53,974 nucleotides of DNA from contig JBBRRY010000027.1 in NCBI GenBank assembly GCA_038245905.1, forward strand, positions 1 to 53,974, given 5' to 3'. Below are positions 28,425 to 38,025 of the stretch, in pieces; position 1 is the first letter of the stretch, and each line of letters opens with the position of its first letter. Source of the stretch: Thermoanaerobaculia bacterium. GTDB taxonomy: Bacteria; Acidobacteriota; Thermoanaerobaculia; UBA5066. The position numbers and the translations under genes were made by a program. The notes beneath the pieces are model-generated. The model did not search any database. It worked only from the letters and a program-made list of their open reading frames with translations, and was not told the origin of the DNA.

Positions 28425-30062
28425 TCAGGCGCCGCCCGCCCGCTTCCACTCCGTCCGCATCTCCGACTGGAGGCGGCCGAGGCGGTAGGCGTCCCGGTTC
28501 ACGAAGGCGCCCCACGCCGCGAGTCCGGGATGAACCTCCTCGATGCGGCGCCAGATTTCCTGCGCGACGAGCCGGTAGTCGGGATGGCCCTGGGGCATCG
28601 ACCGCAGCTCGCACAAATGCACGGCCTCGCGCAGGTTCAGCGTGACGTACCAACGCACGCGGTAGGCGAACGGAACAATGTATGCAGCCTCGGCAGGGTG
28701 ATCCTTCTTTACCGCTTCGTGGAGCTCGTGCGCGCGCGCCATGCATTCCTCGAAGATGGGTCCGTGCCCCGCCTCGACGATTTCCGGTGGCGTGTCGTAT
28801 CCGAGCGCCGTAGAGAACGGCTGGCGCTCCTGGGAAAGCAGCCGGTGGCGGTGGAGGTCGCGGTAGATCCCGAGGTTACCCACGAGGTCGAACGAGTAGG
28901 ACGCCTCCTCGAGGGCGCGTGGCGGCTTGTCGCGCCGGCTCTTCCGCCCGGAGGCGAGACCGGAGAGAAGGGCCGCCCGCGCGGCTGGTTCCAGGCCGCT
29001 CACGTGCGAGCGCACGTCGGCGAGCGGGCGGCCTCCATGCGGGTAGAGAAGCGCCGCGAGCACCTTCTCTTCGGCGTCGCGGTCGAAGTCCACGAGCGTG
29101 ACGGGCGAGACGGAGGGCGGGCCCGCCGGGACGACCCGGGCCGAGGCCGAGGCGGCGCGGGCGAGGAGATCCTCCTTCCAGAGGCTCGGCGCCGACCTTT
29201 TCACGAAGGACGGAATGAGCCGATCCAGCTCACGGCGCATGCCGAGGGCCAGCGCGCGGCACTCGTGCGACGGGTGCGTCAGGAGACGGTTCAAGAGGTG
29301 CTCGTACGCCTGCCCCGTCGCGAAAATCCCGAGGTTCGTCAGCGTCGACGCGGGAAGGTAGCTGCGCATGACGTCGCAGGCGTGCGCCCGCACGGTCGCG
29401 GCATACGCGCGCTTCGCAGCCTTCAGCAACCCTTCGTCGCGCTTCACGTCCGCGAAGTCGAGCGGCTCGCCGGTCTTCGGGTGGCGGACCGCGACGGACT
29501 CGATCGGGAGCACCTTCTCGATGTGGGCGATCATCGCGTCGATCTGGCCCGCGTAGGCCCCGAAGAGGCGGTCCATGAGCGCGACGTAGGCGTCCCGGTG
29601 GCGAGAAGCCATGAGCGACGGCTCGCGGAACCAAAGGAAGTCGCCGCGGGCGTCGCGCTGGTCGAAGCGGACATAGCGGGTGGATTTCTCGAGGAAGGCG
29701 ATGCCGATCCGCGAGTCTTCCAGCACCTGCGCCGTCACGTTCGAGACGCCCTCGATCGCGAGGTGCGCGCCGCCGAGCTGTGCGACCGAGTCGTCGCCGT
29801 ACCCCACGAGGACGCGGTCGTAGAACGCGCGCGCCTTCTTCAACGCGTTGTCGTCATGCCCCACGTCGACGCCCGGGAGGGCGCCCGCCTCGCCCTGAAA
29901 TTCGTCGAGGAACACGCGGCGCAGGCTCTTGCCCGACCGGCTGTAACGCGAGAAAAGCGCGCCAGCCACTTCCTGCGGGAGCTTGAGGCCGAAGACGTGC
30001 GCATCGACGTTCGTGAAGTACGGCGCGAGCTGACGCGCTTCGGCTTCGGAGAATTCAGTCAT
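28425..30062 (-). CDS. thyX: FAD-dependent thymidylate synthase, tandem-domain type
   Basis: GALFSRYSRS, GYGDDSVAQL, EKSTRY, YRDLHRHR..SQ, NLRE..H..ELRS..QGHPDYR. Confidence 0.88.
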   Translation of the reverse strand: MTEFSEAEARQLAPYFTNVDAHVFGLKLPQEVAGALFSRYSRSGKSLRRVFLDEFQGEAGALPGVDVGHDDNALKKARAFYDRVLVGYGDDSVAQLGGAHLAIEGVSNVTAQVLEDSRIGIAFLEKSTRYVRFDQRDARGDFLWFREPSLMASRHRDAYVALMDRLFGAYAGQIDAMIAHIEKVLPIESVAVRHPKTGEPLDFADVKRDEGLLKAAKRAYAATVRAHACDVMRSYLPASTLTNLGIFATGQAYEHLLNRLLTHPSHECRALALGMRRELDRLIPSFVKRSAPSLWKEDLLARAASASARVVPAGPPSVSPVTLVDFDRDAEEKVLAALLYPHGGRPLADVRSHVSGLEPAARAALLSGLASGRKSRRDKPPRALEEASYSFDLVGNLGIYRDLHRHRLLSQERQPFSTALGYDTPPEIVEAGHGPIFEECMARAHELHEAVKKDHPAEAAYIVPFAYRVRWYVTLNLREAVHLCELRSMPQGHPDYRLVAQEIWRRIEEVHPGLAAWGAFVNRDAYRLGRLQSEMRTEWKRAGGA

Positions 30063-31084
30063 TCTGTTTGAGAGTCTAGCCGGGGAAGACGATCCTCGTT
30101 TCCCCCGGACCCCCTTCGCGTCGCCTGGATGAGCGCCGCCGTGATTGGAGAAAGCGAGCGCCCCTCGAACGAGCCCGGCGCCGCGAAGACGAAGACGTAG
30201 TAGTTGCCCGGCCCCGAGAGCAACGGGATGTCGACGCGCGCCACACCGCGCACGAGTCCGACCTCGCCGCGTGAGCCGTCCGCGTATTGGGCGTTGGCGG
30301 GGGCGCGGGCGAGGAAACGCTGCGACGCGGCGGGATAGGCGTACGAGCGGCGGCGGCGGATTTCCTCGCGGGACATCGGGCGTGCCGCCGGCTCGTAGCC
30401 GACTTCGAGGGAGGCAAGCGTCCAGCCGTCGGGCAGCTTCACGGCAAACGGGGCGCGCGTGCCCGCCGGAACCGGCGCCCGCGGGACCTCGACCCACACC
30501 GCGACCCGCCGGCTGAATTCCTCCACCATCCGGAACTCGCCGCCCACCACGGCGGCGCCGATTCCGACGTGCGTCCACTCGGGATCGAGAACGGTGCGGC
30601 GATGCCCGTCGTCGGGGGGCCGCTCGGCCATCATCTGGCCGTGCGCATCGAGGAGCAGGCGGGAGGCTTCCGACTCGTCCACTTTGGCTCCGGTCCGTGT
30701 CAGGGAGCTGAAGTTCTCGCCGTGGTAATCCACGCCGCCCGCGATTGCCCATCTTAGGTAGGGCGGCCGGCCGGCGGTGTCCCAGTGGCCCGACGTGCGC
30801 GACGCGGCCGCGTCGAGACAGAAGGCGTCACCTACGCGCGCGCCGAGAAGATCGTACGCGACCGGCGCCGCACCCGCGGCTCGCCTCTCCCGGTTCAGGC
30901 GCTCGAAAAGACGCGCCTTGGCCTCGGGGAACCGCTCCGCATAGGTTCCGGCCGCCGCGTCCCCGCCGTGGCGCACGAGAGGAACGGGCGCCTCCGGGCG
31001 GCTCATGGGCAGAGAAATGCACGCCGCCGCGAGCAGGGCCGCGGCCGAGACGAAACTTCCCTGCCCAATCGGGAGCCGCGGCAC
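30059..31084 (-). CDS. CAP/SCP-domain lipoprotein
   Basis: LLAAAC lipobox, LNRERRAAG, GEN, M.E..P.DGHRRTVLDP.WTHVGIG; start approximate. Confidence 0.78.
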   Translation of the reverse strand: MPRLPIGQGSFVSAAALLAAACISLPMSRPEAPVPLVRHGGDAAAGTYAERFPEAKARLFERLNRERRAAGAAPVAYDLLGARVGDAFCLDAAASRTSGHWDTAGRPPYLRWAIAGGVDYHGENFSSLTRTGAKVDESEASRLLLDAHGQMMAERPPDDGHRRTVLDPEWTHVGIGAAVVGGEFRMVEEFSRRVAVWVEVPRAPVPAGTRAPFAVKLPDGWTLASLEVGYEPAARPMSREEIRRRRSYAYPAASQRFLARAPANAQYADGSRGEVGLVRGVARVDIPLLSGPGNYYVFVFAAPGSFEGRSLSPITAALIQATRRGSGGNEDRLPRLDSQTE

Positions 31085-31103
31085 CGTAGAATCGTACGGC
31101 CTG

Positions 31104-32504
31104 ATGATCCGTTTCGGTACTTCCGGCTGGCGCGCGGTTCTGGGAGAAGAGTTCACGTTCCCGAATGCGCGGCGCGTCGTCACGGCCATCGCGCGCGCAA
31201 CGCAGGTTTCCAGGGACGCGCCGGCCGGAGTCGTCCTCGCGTCGGACACACGATTTCTGAACGAGCGGTTCGTGGACGAGGCGGCCCGCGTCCTTGTCCG
31301 CGAGGGCGTCCGCCCTCTCCGCGCGGACCGCGACGTGCCGACGCCCGTCGTCGCCTTCACGATTAGGCGCCTCGGCGCAGCGGGCGGCATCAACTTCACG
31401 GCGTCGCACAACCCGCCCGAATACAACGGCATCAAGTTCTCGACGGCCGACGGCGCGCCCGCGCTTCCCAACGTCACGGCCCACATCGAGGCCGAGATCG
31501 CGAAGACGACGGAGGCGGACGCGGCGTCCGCTCCGGAGACGAAGCACGACACCATCGACCCTCGCGGCCCCTACCTCGAGAAGCTCGCGACCTTCGTCGA
31601 CACCGCCGTGCTCCGGGCGTCGAAGCTGCGCGTCGCTGTCGACCCGCGCTTCGGGACGTCCCGCGGCTACCTCGACGTCTTCCTGAAAGATGCGGGTGTG
31701 GACGTCGCGCTCATCAACGGGCACCGCGACCCGTACTTCGGGGGCCTTTCCCCCCAGTGTGACGAGAAGAACCTCGCCGCGTTGTCCGAGCTCGTCGTGT
31801 CCGGGAAACACCGCATCGGCCTCGCGACGGACGGCGACGCGGACCGCTTCGGCATCCTCGACGCCGACGGAACGTACGTCGACCCGAACCACTGCCTCAT
31901 GCTTCTCACCGACCTCCTCCTCGGCCGCCGACGCAAAGACGACACCCGCGGGGTCGCGCGTTCCGTCGCGACGACGCATGGGCTCGATGCGGTCGCGAAG
32001 GCGTATGGCGCCGAGGTCCTGACGACGCCCGTCGGTTTCAAGTACATCGGCGAGCTCCTCCTCGCGGACAAGATCACCCTCGGCGGAGAGGAGTCCGCCG
32101 GCTTCACGATGGCCGGCCACGTCCCCGAGAAGGACGGCCTCCTCGCGGGCCTTCTCCTCGCCGAACGCGTGGCGGCGACGGGCGAGACGCTCTCGGGCCT
32201 CCTCGCGGCGCTCTTCAGGCGCGTCGGCACCTTCTACCCGAAGCGCGCGGACGCGCGTCTCGATCCCGCGCTCGCCGCGTCGATCAAAAACCGCCTCGCC
32301 GAAAATCCCGACTCGCTCGCGGGGCTCAAAGTACAGTCGATCGACCGGATTGACGGGCAGAAGCTCGAGCTCGGCGACGGCCGCTGGATCCTCTTCCGCG
32401 CATCGGGCACCGAGCCCGTCGTGCGGATCTATGCGGAATCCCCCGACAGGGGCGAGACGGACCGGCTTCTGAACGCCGCAAGAGAATATGTTCTTAGAGG
32501 TTAA
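31104..32504 (+). CDS. Phosphoglucomutase/phosphomannomutase
   Basis: FGTSGWR, TASHNP, DGDADR, GGEESAG, RASGTEP. Confidence 0.95.
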   Translation: MIRFGTSGWRAVLGEEFTFPNARRVVTAIARATQVSRDAPAGVVLASDTRFLNERFVDEAARVLVREGVRPLRADRDVPTPVVAFTIRRLGAAGGINFTASHNPPEYNGIKFSTADGAPALPNVTAHIEAEIAKTTEADAASAPETKHDTIDPRGPYLEKLATFVDTAVLRASKLRVAVDPRFGTSRGYLDVFLKDAGVDVALINGHRDPYFGGLSPQCDEKNLAALSELVVSGKHRIGLATDGDADRFGILDADGTYVDPNHCLMLLTDLLLGRRRKDDTRGVARSVATTHGLDAVAKAYGAEVLTTPVGFKYIGELLLADKITLGGEESAGFTMAGHVPEKDGLLAGLLLAERVAATGETLSGLLAALFRRVGTFYPKRADARLDPALAASIKNRLAENPDSLAGLKVQSIDRIDGQKLELGDGRWILFRASGTEPVVRIYAESPDRGETDRLLNAAREYVLRG

Positions 32505-32508
32505 ATAA

Positions 32509-33780
<1,272 letters not shown>

Positions 33781-33811
33781 CGCCGCGCCCCGTTCTGCGT
33801 GAAAATGGTCC

Positions 33812-34303
33812 GTGCGCTTCGAACGGATCGTCGGCGGTGAGAGCCCGCCTCGCGTCACCAAGGTCAAGAAGCTGCCTTCGCAGGGCCGCCGCGAGGAGTC
33901 GCGTCCGCTGCCCGAGCTGATGCCCGACACGCCGGCGCCGGCCTCAGGCGCGCGCCCGGACGGCAGGCACGTGAGACCCGCCTCGTACGTCGCCATCTCG
34001 CTCGTCTTCTCTCTCCTCGTGTTCGGCTTCTTTCTCCTCAGCCCCAGCGGCCTCCTGAAGGTGAGGAAGCAGCGCATCCAGCTCGCCGCGATGCAGGCCG
34101 ACGTCGAGAAGCTGTATGCCGAAAACCAACGTCTCGAAGAAGAGGTCGTCGCGTTGAAGACCGATCCGAAAGCCGTCGAGAAGATCGCCCGGGAGACGCT
34201 GAACCTCGTGAGGCCGGGAGAGGTCGTTCTCCTGCTGCCCGACGGCTGGCAAGCCCGCGTGAAGCCACCGGCTGCGCCCACGCCCGCAGCGACGCCGCGC
34301 TGA
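33812..34303 (+). CDS. ftsB: Septum formation initiator FtsB/DivIC
   Basis: TM, coiled coil and EKIARETLNLVRPGE; conserved position after eno. Confidence 0.85.
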   Translation: MRFERIVGGESPPRVTKVKKLPSQGRREESRPLPELMPDTPAPASGARPDGRHVRPASYVAISLVFSLLVFGFFLLSPSGLLKVRKQRIQLAAMQADVEKLYAENQRLEEEVVALKTDPKAVEKIARETLNLVRPGEVVLLLPDGWQARVKPPAAPTPAATPR

Positions 34304-34313
34304 GATCGGCTCT

Positions 34314-37300
34314 TCAGGGCGCCGGTGTGAGCGCGTCCCAGAAATCGCAGGCGGCGGTGCGGATTCCGTCCCGTGCGGCGGCCGGGGCGTCCCAGACGAG
34401 CGTCGAATCGCGCGCCGCGTCGTAACGCGGCCACGCGGGAACGCCCGCGCCGTTCGGGTCCCCCGCGGCCGCGAGCCGGGCCCACGCCGCGTTCATCGCG
34501 TCCGAGAGGGCGCGCGCGGACGCGTCGGGCGTGTAGCCCGCAATCGCGGAGAAGCTGCCGAAGACGAACGGCAGCTCCACGCCGTGGATCGCACCATAGA
34601 GCCGGTTCGCCGGATACGAGAAGAAGTACCGGTAGACGGCGGGACTCCCGCCCGCGGCGGCGGCGCGCGCGATGCGCCGCGAGGGACAGACGAAGCGTGA
34701 GTCCGTCGTGAGCGCGACGTACGCCTTGCGCGGTGTCGCGTACGCGCTGGCCGGATACTGCGCGAGGACGAGCGGCGCGAGGATTCCGACCTGCGCCGTG
34801 ACGAGCGCGCGGTACTCGGACTCGGTCGTCAGGAGGGGCGCCGCCGCGCCCGTCTCGTCCGCGTTCGCGCCCACGGCGAAAGGAACCTTGTTGTGTGTCC
34901 CGTGCCCGAGCGCGGCCTCGGGCGACTCGGACAGCACGAAGCCGTCCACGGCGGGCCCCCAGAGCTGACCGGTCGACGAAACGACCGAGACGTCCGGCGG
35001 AAGCGCCTGGAGAAGCGCCTCGGGCGTCTTTCCGCGCATGCACGAGGCCGGATCTGCCGCGGCGGCACAGCCCGCGTTCGCCGTGAGCGTCCCGCCGAAC
35101 GTGACGAAGTCCGCGACGGGGCGCTGGTTACAACCGCCGCTCTCCATGAGCGCGGCCGAGAAGAGTCCCTTCGCGAGCGGCGAGGCGAGAAGGCTGCACG
35201 TGTTCACGGCGCCCGCGGACTCGCCGAAGATCGTCACGCGCGACGGATCGCCGCCGAACGCGGCCGCGTTGCGCTTCACCCAGCGGAGCGCGGCGAGGAG
35301 GTCGAAGAGCCCGTAGTTCCCCGCGCTGCCGCGGCGGTTCTCGGCCGCGAGGAACGGCTGCGCGAGCCAGCCGAACGAACTCAGCCGGTAGTTCGTCGTC
35401 ACGACGACCGCTCGGTTCTTGCCCGCGAAGACGCTACCGTCGTAGTAATCCCACGAGCCCGCGCCCTGCGCGTTTCCGCCGCCGTGGATGAAGAAGAGAA
35501 CGGGCAGCGGCGACGCGGGCGCGGCCGCTGGCGTGAAGACGTTGAGCGAGAGACAGCCCTCGGCTCCCGTAGTGGCGCCCGCGTCGTCGAGCTGCGGGCA
35601 GATTGGGCCGAACGCGGTCGCGTCCCGAACGCCGCTCCACGGCGCAGCCGGCGCGGGCGGGTGCCAGCGCAGGTCGCCCACGGGAGGCGCCGCGAACGGA
35701 ATCCCTCGATAAACGACGACTCCCGCCGCCGACGCGCCCCGCACGGCGCCCGACTCCGTGAGCACGGCGCCCGCGGGCGCTCCGACCTCGACCGTCGCGA
35801 ACGCCGACGGCGCACCCGCGCACGTGCCGGCCGGGAGCCAGCGATACGTCGTCGTGACGGCTGGAGTCACCGTAACGCTCCCGCCGGCGGCGACCGCTAG
35901 GTCGCCCGGCAGGATCCGTCCTCCGCCGGCCGACGATGTGTCCAGCCGCAGCACGACCGCGCTTCCGGCATCGACGCGCGCGGCGGAGGGCGTCAAGACC
36001 GGCGCGGCGGCGCAACCGGATGCGGGCGCCGTCCACGGCCTGAGGAGCACGGGATCGCCGGTCCCGTTGTCGATGACGCTCGCGTACGCGTCGAGCGAAC
36101 CGGAGACGACGGTGACCTCGGCCGCCGCGTCGGGCGGGATCGCGGCGCCGCCGAACCAGTCGGGCAGCGATCGCTGCACCCACCCTCCGGGCGCGACGTC
36201 GGTCGTGCTCCCGGCGAGGACCGCGCCGGCCGCCGAGCGGAGGCGCAGCGTCGCGCGCACGCCGCCGTCACCCGCGAGAATCGCGAGGTTCGTCCGGAAG
36301 CCGTTGGAGCCAGTGGCGTGCGTGAGGCCCGTGAACACGAGCGTGCGGCCCGGCCCCGAGAGCGCCTCGGCCGGCACGGGCTCCTGCGCGGCCGAGAACG
36401 TGCCGGCACGCCCGGCCGGGTCAACGTTGCGCGTCGAGGCGAGCGCGGCGAGACGCGCGCCGGACGACACGCGCACGGCGCCGGCGGATCCCTCCGGCAG
36501 GCCGAGGGCGCCGAGGACGTCGTCCACTTCGAGAACGCCGCGCGGCGGGACGAGTCGCGTCGCGCGGAGGACTGCGCCGATCCCGGCGCTCTCGAGCGTC
36601 GCCTCGACGGGCTCCGGCCCCGGGTTCACGAGGCGCAGCGCCGTTCGCCAGAGCGTTCCGTTCGCGCCGGGCGTTCGTGCGACACCGTCCGCGAGAAGGA
36701 TGAAAGGCGGGCCATCGGGATTCTCCGTCCGTCTTACGGGCGCGAGGATGCCGTCGCCCGTCACGTTGTCGACGACGGCTGCGTAGGCGGCCGCCGAGCC
36801 ACGGAGCACGGTCACCTCGACGCGGCCGAGCGGGATCTCCGGATTGGCCGCGATCTCGCTCACCGAGCGCTGCCAGAAGAGCGCGTCACCCGCGACGCGC
36901 TCCTCGCCGCGCACCAGGCCGCTGTCGTCGACGAGCGTCACGCGCGCTTCGCTGCCGGGCTCGAGGAGCGTGACCGCGACGTTCGTCCGGAAGCCCGTGC
37001 CCGCCGCCGCCGTGTGCGCGAGCCAGGCAGCGACACCCGATTCTCCCGCGCGCAGCGCGTCGCCTTGACGCATGGCCGTCAGCGCGAGGCCGAACGTCCC
37101 GCGCGGGTCCGCGACGTTCGCGGTCACGCCGCGGACGACGAGGGGCGATGCGGAGCGCACGGTGAGCGTGCCCGCTCCCGGTGCGGAGCTGAACAGGCTC
37201 GCAACGGCATCGTCGAAACGAAGCGTCGTGCGCGGCCCGACGGTCACGCGCGGGGTGGCGGACGACGGACCGGCCGGCGTGACGAGGCCGAGGTCCGCCG

Positions 37301-37484
37301 TGACCTCGACGTCCGAGGGGTTCGTGATCCAGACCGTCGAGACGAAGCGCGTCCCGGCGACACCGGCCGTGCTCGCGAGGCCCGGAAGGACGAGGCGCTC
37401 CTCCGCGCGCGCGGGGAAGGCGCGCACGAACGCGAGAGCGGCGAGAAGGACCGCGGTTCGGATCGAGCGGCGGCGCGCGGGCAT
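34314..37484 (-). CDS. Secreted type-B carboxylesterase with a duplicated N-terminal module
   Basis: YRGIPFAAPPVGDLRW, IHGGG, FGESAG, HGVEL; ~480-aa repeated N-terminal region. Confidence 0.9.
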   Translation of the reverse strand: MPARRRSIRTAVLLAALAFVRAFPARAEERLVLPGLASTAGVAGTRFVSTVWITNPSDVEVTADLGLVTPAGPSSATPRVTVGPRTTLRFDDAVASLFSSAPGAGTLTVRSASPLVVRGVTANVADPRGTFGLALTAMRQGDALRAGESGVAAWLAHTAAAGTGFRTNVAVTLLEPGSEARVTLVDDSGLVRGEERVAGDALFWQRSVSEIAANPEIPLGRVEVTVLRGSAAAYAAVVDNVTGDGILAPVRRTENPDGPPFILLADGVARTPGANGTLWRTALRLVNPGPEPVEATLESAGIGAVLRATRLVPPRGVLEVDDVLGALGLPEGSAGAVRVSSGARLAALASTRNVDPAGRAGTFSAAQEPVPAEALSGPGRTLVFTGLTHATGSNGFRTNLAILAGDGGVRATLRLRSAAGAVLAGSTTDVAPGGWVQRSLPDWFGGAAIPPDAAAEVTVVSGSLDAYASVIDNGTGDPVLLRPWTAPASGCAAAPVLTPSAARVDAGSAVVLRLDTSSAGGGRILPGDLAVAAGGSVTVTPAVTTTYRWLPAGTCAGAPSAFATVEVGAPAGAVLTESGAVRGASAAGVVVYRGIPFAAPPVGDLRWHPPAPAAPWSGVRDATAFGPICPQLDDAGATTGAEGCLSLNVFTPAAAPASPLPVLFFIHGGGNAQGAGSWDYYDGSVFAGKNRAVVVTTNYRLSSFGWLAQPFLAAENRRGSAGNYGLFDLLAALRWVKRNAAAFGGDPSRVTIFGESAGAVNTCSLLASPLAKGLFSAALMESGGCNQRPVADFVTFGGTLTANAGCAAAADPASCMRGKTPEALLQALPPDVSVVSSTGQLWGPAVDGFVLSESPEAALGHGTHNKVPFAVGANADETGAAAPLLTTESEYRALVTAQVGILAPLVLAQYPASAYATPRKAYVALTTDSRFVCPSRRIARAAAAGGSPAVYRYFFSYPANRLYGAIHGVELPFVFGSFSAIAGYTPDASARALSDAMNAAWARLAAAGDPNGAGVPAWPRYDAARDSTLVWDAPAAARDGIRTAACDFWDALTPAP

Positions 37485-37531
37485 CGTGCTTCTTCGACGT
37501 CTCCCCGAGATCTCCGGTTTACATCCCGCCG

Positions 37532-37993
37532 TCAGCGGACCGATGCGAGATCGGCCGCGACCTCTCCCGCGTGCTTTGCGGGCGAGACGGATTCGTAAAT
37601 TTTCGCGATCTTCCCCTTCGAGTCGATCAGGAACGACTTCCGCTTCGCGACGCCGAACGCCAGGCCGACGCCATAGAGCTCGATGACCTTCCCGTCCGCG
37701 TCCGCGAGGAGTCGGAACGTCAGCTTGTTCTTCTCGGCGAATTTCTTCTCGGCCTCGACGGTGTCTTTGGACACGCCGAGGACGACGACGTCCTTCGGGA
37801 GCTTCGGGCCTTCGTCACGGAAGGCCTGGGCTTCGACCGTTCAACCGGCGGTGTCGGCCTTCGGGAAGAAGTAGAGGACGACCCGTTTTCCGCGGAGACC
37901 CGCGAGGGAAACGGATTTTCCGTGCTGGTCCGGGAGCGTGAAAGCGGGGGCGGAAGCCCCGGGCTCGAGATGAGTTCCGGAAAAGAGTCCCAT
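37532..37993 (-). CDS. bcp: BCP/PrxQ peroxiredoxin with selenocysteine (UGA at codon 51)
   Basis: SD GGAGG and ATG 37993: MGLFSGTHLEPGASAPAFTLPDQHGKSVSLAGLRGKRVVLYFFPKADTAG-UGA-TVEAQAFRD...VLGVSKD...RKSFLID; continuous with ORF 37532..37774. Confidence 0.9.
37807..37826 (-). promoter_or_regulatory. Putative bacterial SECIS hairpin
   Basis: GGCCTTC-CGTGAC-GAAGGCC, a perfect 7-bp stem; the loop begins 21 nt after the UGA with G at loop position 2. Confidence 0.72.
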
Positions 37994-38025
37994 GGTGTCG
38001 CCTCCCCGCTCAGGGTAACGGAAAT

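Noticed and set aside
37841-37843. bcp as an ordinary nonsense pseudogene
   Set aside because: The stop is UGA exactly at the catalytic position, the rest of the gene is intact and a SECIS-like hairpin follows.
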